Assembly: GCF_006345805.1 (NCBI RefSeq)
Contig: NW_021826895.1
Location: forward strand, 1 to 11,675
From: Octopus sinensis
Taxonomy: Eukaryota
Direction of reading: 5' to 3'
DNA length: 11,675 nt
Below, piece by piece: positions 1 to 7,200 of this stretch. Position 1 is the stretch's first letter. Each line of letters begins with the position of its first letter. The position numbers and the translations under genes were made by a program. A model generated the notes under the pieces. It had not been told where the DNA came from. It ran no database searches and saw only the letters and a program-made list of their open reading frames with translations.

Positions 1-215
1 ACATATATATATCTTATCTATATATAATATCTTATCTATATATATATATCTTATCTATATATATATATATATCTTATCTTATCTATATATATATATAAAT
101 ACACAAACATATATCTGTGCATATATAATATATATATATAATATATATATATATATATGTGTGTATATCTATGTTTGTATATATATATATATATATATAT
201 ACATACACACATACA
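1..215. repeat. Compound microsatellite: (TA)n interrupted by recurring CTTATC, followed by (TA)n/(CA)n
   Basis: Directly visible: ATATCTTATCT recurs four times in the first ~90 nt, separated by (TA)n of varying length; (TA)n and (CA)n runs continue to ~215. Confidence 0.95.
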
Positions 216-572
216 CATAAATTCTTTTCTATTTTGTTCACCTTAAAATGTATATACACTGTTTAGTAATTTTCTTGTGGGCAACACTATTTCTATTTCT
301 TTCATTACTTAAGAAATTTTCATCTGTGTACACCTTCAAAAACATTGCCTACTGTTTAATTCAGATTCTTCACTCTCACTCATTTTCAATTATTTCCTAA
401 ACTGTTGTATACAATTAGTTTAGCAAAAGCGCAGCTAAGTACCTACAACCATTTACTCAAGAAATATTTGTTAAAAAGAAAGACTATCAAGAACACCTAA
501 AAGAACTAAGGCAGGAAAATTGAATCTCGCATCAGTACTTATATAAACCATAGAAAACTGATAGATGTTTAA

Positions 573-792
573 CCCTTTCATTACTGTATTTATTTTGAGA
601 TGCTCTGTGTTTCTTTCAATTACTTTAAATATAACAAAAAATTTAATAAAATAACTTAGTTATCATTTAGCTAGTGTTAGGAACATAAATTGTGACTAAG
701 GTTTGGTGGAAGATTTTAATTCAAAACTTACAAAAACAAGACATTTGTACTCAGAGCCAGAGCCAGTTTTAGCCAGGCTGGTAACAAAAGGG
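573..792. mobile_element. piggyBac-type MITE (220 bp, TTAA target-site duplication)
   Basis: TTAA at 569-572 and 793-796. The element starts CCCTTTCATTAC (573-584) and ends GTAACAAAAGGG (781-792; reverse complement CCCTTTTGTTAC), 10/12 identical. TTAA|CCC...GGG|TTAA is the established piggyBac terminal signature. No coding capacity. Confidence 0.8.
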
Positions 793-960
793 TTAAAATT
801 AGAACAGTAACAATATGTTGAAAACTATTAAGTATTATTGCAATAGGAAGATACTGTAAGGAAATTCATATGCCAAATGTAAAGGTCTATACTCATTGGT
901 TAATCAATGCTACATATTCACACACATATACACAAAAAGATAAGAAAATTACATGACTAA

Positions 961-966
961 TTTATT
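961..966 (-). promoter_or_regulatory. Candidate polyadenylation signal (AATAAA) of the ABHD13 gene
   Basis: TTTATT on the + strand at 961-966 (another at 1001-1006), about 210 nt after the stop codon. A GU/U-rich stretch (TCTTTTTGTGTATATGTGTGTG on the minus strand, ~919-940) lies downstream. AATAAA is common in AT-rich DNA, so this is tentative. Confidence 0.45.
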
Positions 967-1177
967 TTTTTAAAAATCACATGTAGGAGTAAAATGAAAT
1001 TTTATTTGTTCATTATTTCAGGTAGAATCTTCATTGTTCGAGAGATGATTTTCTGTTATCTGTACTGATTAAATAGATGAGTGATAAAACAAAACAATGT
1101 GACAGCATTCTGCAATGAATGCAGAGATTAAAGACAAATTAAGGATAAATTAAATTGAAATCCTAGATAAAACTTGG

Positions 1178-1243
1178 TCAGACAATTTTTGTAAGGACAT
1201 CTGAATAATTTGTCAAGGCACTTGTACTCCGCCATTTAGAAAC
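1178..1243 (-). CDS. ABHD13: ABHD13 terminal coding exon (VSKWRSTSALTNYSDVLTKIV*)
   Basis: Strong acceptor CTTTTATTTTTTAATTTCCAG (AG at 1245-1244), phase 0 matching the previous donor, 21 codons then TGA (1180-1178). The tail length resembles the vertebrate ABHD13 C-terminus, but sequence conservation is weak. Not in the ORF track. Confidence 0.65.
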   Translation of the reverse strand, partial: VSKWRSTSALTNYSDVLTKIV

Positions 1244-4200
1244 CTGGAAATTAAAAAATAAAAGTTAGATATCTAGAAATGGAAGAGTGAAATTTAAAAC
1301 ATTTTTGTTGTGTTTCACCACTTTCAATTTCATTTAGTATTTTTTTCACAGGCTCTAGTAAGTTTATAAGTTTTCCAGCCTTAGAAAATTTACCATTAAA
1401 ACCCATGTAATTTGCACAGCTGTGTAATTTACATAGGTGATTTTCAGGATAAAAATTGTTAAAAAAAGCTTCTACTCATGTAAAATTAGCATCCAAAAAT
1501 TTTCAGAATTACCAATATGGCCATGGGAAAAAGGTTTTCAATTTAGTTGTATTTAGCATACTTACTTATGATTGGATTTTATTAAATTTTCATTAAATAA
1601 AAATAATTTCAGTTTAATAGGTATCACATTAAAAGCTATTAAATTATAAAGTGTTTGTGTTGTTTATAATAAACTAGTTTACATTTCTTGCCCACACGAG
1701 ATTATGTCTGATCTTTAGCATACTACTGTATGTCTTCTCAAATCACAATCACAGGAAATGTTGCTAATAAGAATTATCAACAAAAAATAAAGCTAATAAA
1801 TACACACAGGTATTGCAGATTAAGTTTAATTATAAATAAACATCACTTGGATGACACTTTACTCAACTGAGTCAAATATATAAAATATGGCCTGGACCGT
1901 GATTACCAGCATGAACGTCAGACATGAAAAAGTAGTTAACCATTTAATGGTTTTAGTAAATTTATACAGAAAAAGTAAGCATTATACTGTCCAGCATAAA
2001 TAAAAGTCAACTTGATTATATTTAAGCCTCTATTTTTTCTGTAAACATGAAATACGAAAACAAATGAATTCGATATGCAAACAATGAGAGAAACAAATGG
2101 AAAACAGGACAAGTAACACAAAGAATGACCCTTCATCAGTTGTTGGTTTTCTATCTACTCCTCATTTCAAGCATTAAATGACAATAGGAGTCCATTCACC
2201 AACTTAAACATTATACTTTATAGTTTACTTTTACTGTTGTAATAGTCATTACTATCATTTACTGTATTATAAATCATATTATTTATTGAGTACATCTCAA
2301 GTCATTACTTCTAACATGTAGGTAGGGTATCAGTTTATAGAAACCATGCCAAAACATGTATAATGTCTGAAACTAAAATGGTATGTTCTTGGTTGGAATG
2401 TCTGATCAGAAATCTCTTCCCTCAGAGCTTACCTGTGGTTACACAACAACAATACATCAAATCTACTAAAAGGAAGGAAATTGCTTACTTCTGCTATGAA
2501 ATTTAAAATACATTCATAATAGCCAGGACACAGCCAGGTTTCATTGTGGGTTCCATTGTCAAACAGCGCCATCCTCTTCAAAGGAGAATTCACAGTAGAC
2601 TGTATAATATCAAATAAGGATATTTCATTAACTCAAGAATAATCAGTAACTAAAAGATTTTTAAACAATTTATCATCATCTTTATGAAAGACACCAACAG
2701 TCACTGTTGTGTGGGGCTAAGATCTTAAAGACACAAGTTTGTAATCTGCTTTAATTCCTGACTGGAACTGATTTCACTTAATTACTACTATTGGGGAAAG
2801 TGTAAGTGCCAAAAGAAACTATATGCCCCAATGGAATAAAGTTTCTGGTGGAGGTTGGGTGTTTGCACACCCCCTCCACCCCACTTTTTTTATTTCTTCA
2901 GGTTCTATGTCTTCAATATTGGAGATTACAATTTTAGATATATAATATCAATATCCATACTCGACAAAATATTAATACCTTCAGAGAAAGGTTGGACCTA
3001 AGAAGCATCAGATGTGGTGTGCAAAAGAGATGACTGCGCTGGTATGGTCATGTAACGAGAATGGATGTAGATAGCTGTGTGAAAAAGTACCACACCCTAG
3101 CAGTTGAGGGAACCTGTGGAAGAGCTAGACCCAGGAAGACCTGGGATGAGGTAGTGAAGCATGACCTTCAAACATTGGGCCTCACTGAGGCAATGACTAG
3201 TGATTGGGACCTCTGGAAATATGCTGTGCTTGAGAAGACTCGGCAAGCACAAGTGAGACCATAACCTAGTGGCCTATGCCAGGGGTGTAACCAGTCCACT
3301 TACGCATGCCTTTCCTTCATTGGACACTAAACTCTGCTTGCAAAGACCTGTTGAGGCAACTGAAATTGAAATCGAAATCAAACTCAATGACTGGCATCCG
3401 TGCCGATGGCACGTTAAAAACACCATTTGAGCGTGATCGTTACCTGCATCGCCTTACTCGCACTTGTGCTGGTGGCACGTGAAAAAAACATTCGAGCGAG
3501 GTTGTTGCCAGTGCCGCTGGACTGGCTCCTGTGCAGGTGGCACATAAAAGCACCATTTGAGCATGGTCGTTGCCAGTACAACCTAACTGGCCCTCATGCT
3601 GGTGACACATAAAAGCACCCACTACACTCTCAGAGTGGTTGGTGTTAGGAAGGGCATCCAGCTGTAGAAATTCTGCCAGATCAGATTGGAGTCTGGTGCA
3701 GCCATCTGGTTCGCCAGACCTCAGTCAAATCGTCCAACCCATTGTAGCATGGAAAGCGAACGTTAAATGATGATGATGATGATGAACACATTTTAAAAAT
3801 TTTAATTTCTTTCTCTCCACCCATTCTTGCTTTCCAAAGGCACAAAACTACCAAAGGTAGTTTTCTATGCTGAATTGCATCAGGGCAGGACGAACCATGG
3901 TGGCTAGAGGGCACGATATAGGGATGTGCTAAAGAGACCTATGAAGAACCCTGGCATCTCCCTAGGCACCTGGGAGGAGAAGGCCCTGCAGCACAATGAA
4001 TTCACTGATTACTGAAGCACACAACTCCAGCCATTGAGGAGAACAGTAGAGATAATATGAAAGAGTACTTGAAAAGTGTCACTTCTCTGTTGTGTCAAGT
4101 AAATTCACTTGCAGTAGATCAAGAACAGACCTTGTAGCCTGCATGTGAGCTTGTCAGTGATGATTTCTGTAGAGAACAGTCTATGTTGATCTACAACAGA

Positions 4201-7200
4201 CAGCCAATGGTGACAATGTCACAGTGTTTCTATGAAATTATGGGATGTCTCTGTCATTGTTTCTTGTTAATATTGCAAAACATTTCATTTTCTAAGGAAC
4301 AATTTACTTTTACTATTTTACAATGGTAAACTGTATGTTAACCGTTTGTGTGTGTGGGATCTGTGTAAATTTTCTTATGTAGAGTTGTGCTGGGATGGAT
4401 ACGGATAATGACTAAATTGGAGTGCTTTGTTGGGATTAATCTAATGAATTAAAAACAAGACCAAATTTCTAGGTACATTTCTGTAGGTAATTATGATTTT
4501 TTTTTCTCACATGTATGCACACACACACACACACACACAGGTTTGTTGTGGATCAACATGGTTCATTACAATTGTGACAGTGTAAAATTTTAGTACAAAT
4601 TATTTGCTAGTTCTATATAAACACAACATAAAGATGAGATTTAGGAAGAGAAAAGAAAAAAATCACCAGAAAGCTCCAATTGGAAGTGGATTAAAAGATC
4701 CTGATCTTAGATAAAATATTGGGTCATCCCATAAATAATGCAGTTTTTCATACTTCTTTTTATTTTTCAAAATTAAGATAAAGTTTGTTTTTAATCTAAA
4801 ATACTAAAATATACTCTCCTTCATTTTCTACAATGCCTTTTCATTTATCTGGTAGACTTGCAAGGACCCTCTTTCAAAATTACTTGTCTTTGACAAAAAA
4901 TTCTCCTCCACTATTGTTCTGACTTTGTCTACAGAATTCATATTTTTTCCGTCCAAGTGATTTTGAATACTACAGTATAAATGATAATCAGATGGGACAA
5001 TGTCTGGTGAATATGGTGGGTGAGGACATTGTTTCTCATTCAAACTGTTCCAGCCTTTGAAATGTCATTCTTGTGGTATGTGGCTGAGCATTAACCTGAA
5101 GGAAGAACACCTTTCATCTTGAAACCAAAAATGGTAATTTTTCTTCTAGTGCTGACTCGAATGACCAAATCCAATTGGATTTGGTTGAATGATCAAATCC
5201 AAGCTTCCCTGCTAGTTCCTCAACAGTTATGAAGGGATTTTGTTCCACCAGGGTTTGTAGGACATCCTCATTGAGCTCTACAGATCTTCCAGGACAAGGT
5301 TCATCTTCTAGGCTGTAGTTTCTGGCTCAGAATTTCTGGAACCACAGCTGAGACTGGCTTACACTTTCACACTTTACATTCTGTTGTTGCCTTTATTTAA
5401 CTCATAAAGCAAAATATGCCAAATATGCTCCTTTGTCACTTCCATTATAGCTTTGAAAAAATAACTGTTAAAATCGAATTGCACTCTTCAAAACTTGCAC
5501 TAAAAATAAGGACATGGTAAACTTACTGCCTGCTTATAAAGCAAGTTGATGCTGGTAGTTCATCCCATCCCCCTCTGACTTTTAGTTCATGCAACAGAAA
5601 AAAACCGCATTACTTATGAGATGACACAATAAATAAATAAATAAATAAATAGAATTTCTTAAGATTTGAGGATTTTACTAAAGTTAAAATTAATTTTTTC
5701 CAGACATCGTACAAAATAAATAAAACCCCTCAAAGTTTGCAGATTTTAGTGGGTTATTATATCGTTTATCTTTCATAAATCCTACAACAGGATTATAAAA
5801 TGAAAATGATGCAAGGAAAAAATATTTTCCAGACATTTATCTGTTATTTCTAGCATATGAAGTTTTCTGGTGAGGGCTTGATATTTTTTTGTCTGCTGTT
5901 TGAAAAGAAATCTATACATGAACAAATGAACATATCCAATATGTAAAATATTTGGAGTTTTGTGCCATTGGAAAACGGGAGTGGGTGGGGAGGGATGACA
6001 TAGGCTGTTTTGTAAGAAAATTTGAAATTTAAAAAAACAAATTTTTCCAGATTTGTAATCGCCATATTTTTCTATGTGTAGTTAAAAAAGCAATTCAAAA
6101 GTGGTGAAAAATGAAATAACAAATGGGGTGAGGGAGGAGGAAATGAAAATTCTGAAAATGGTTTTTTTTGGCAAAATCAATCTCTGATACTGAAAACATA
6201 GAAATCTAAAGAAAACGAAAAATGAAAATGGAGGTGGGGTCAGGGTGATAATACCTGACTGCCAACAAATTCCCATTATAAGAAAAAGAGAATGAAGTCA
6301 ATAAATTAAAGAATTAGTAGAGTAGTGTTAGCTGAAAATTTAATAAGCTGAGTGCTAAGCACATGTACATCCTGTACATGACACATGATGACAAGGAGAG
6401 ATTAAATTCTTTGAAATATTTTATCTTAATAAAAATTAATAAAATTCATAATCAGAAAAATTTTCTCTCAGAACTCATCTAGAAAATTTAGGCATTGAAA
6501 CTTCCCATCTAATAAATTCTTAATTTCTTGCCCATATAAAAAATGGTTGCATGTTAAGAAGTTTGCTTCCCAATTACATGGCTCTGGGTTCAGCCTTGTG
6601 AGTAGATTTGGTAAATGGAAACTGTGTGTGTGTGTCTTTGTGAATATGTTTGTCCTCCAACACCTCTTGGCAACTTGTGTTGGTTTGTTTATCTCAGCAA
6701 AAGCTGATAGAATACCAGGCTTAAAAAAAACTGGGGTTGATTCACTCAACTAAAAACTCTTCAAGGCTGCAGTCTAATGACTGAAACAAGTAAAAGATAA
6801 AAGATTATTTTATCCTACCAAGTCTGTAATGCTAATTAATAGTAATTAATACTCAGAATTTATTCTAATATTACATCAATAATACTTTTAAACTAACAAA
6901 AAAGCAGTGAAATTAATCCAACCCATGAACAACTGATAAAATGAAAGTTTTTCAGTAGATTTCAGAATTGAGCAGGAAATAGACCAAATTAAAAATAAAA
7001 TATTCAATGGTTTTCTAAAGAAGCATGGTGTTTGTTTACCTCAAAAACCAACTAAACAATGGATTGCAAACATTTCCGGTAAAAATCTTACCTCAAACAA
7101 CATCTTCATCATTCGTGGCGGAATAAGATTATCAGTTAGTCCTGATAAATACATAACTGGAACCGTGATCTTTGGTACACGTTTTATGGAGGGAAACTGT

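Noticed and set aside
1936-2136. 66-aa minus-strand ORF, and similar ORFs at 5850-6065, 6082-6276, 8103-8375, 10287-10508, 10593-10857
   Set aside because: F/L/I/S-rich translations of AT-rich or pyrimidine-rich intronic and repeat DNA with no family motifs or splice context.
2100-2190. CTGATGAAGGG on the minus strand (about 2139-2129) as a hammerhead core
   Set aside because: No GAAA follows a plausible stem II. The upstream GAAA (type II arrangement) lacks a pairable stem III and UH site. The region may be an interspersed repeat, but I cannot support a ribozyme.
2695-2709. Short inverted repeats CAACAGT-C-ACTGTTG (2695-2709) and CATGTACA-TCC-TGTACATG (6362-6380)
   Set aside because: Arms of 7-8 bp are expected by chance in 11.7 kb.
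3390-3620. Pistol or HDV-like ribozyme interpretation of the tandem module (CGUG./.CACG followed by UUAAA resembles pistol P1)
   Set aside because: The pseudoknot partner directly follows the A-rich linker, leaving no P2/P3 or catalytic junction as required for pistol. The nested double pseudoknot of HDV-like ribozymes could not be assembled.
3390-3620. CRISPR-like array (regularly spaced repeats)
   Set aside because: Eukaryotic context; whole units are homologous with no unique spacers; no cas genes; the array is embedded in a LINE 3' UTR.
3427-3914. ORFs 3427-3612, 3440-3622, 3681-3914, and likewise 6468-6753 and 11136-11367
   Set aside because: Incidental frames across RTE 3' UTR modules, the (GAT)n tail or the SINE; they start at non-ATG or internal codons.
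5040-5400. Higher-GC stretch as a possible missing ABHD13 exon
   Set aside because: It translates to mariner transposase motifs between matching TIRs; the true next exon is at 2599-2489.
6544-6600. tRNA gene
   Set aside because: Only decayed A/B-box-like motifs with no cloverleaf; it is followed by SINE body and tail.
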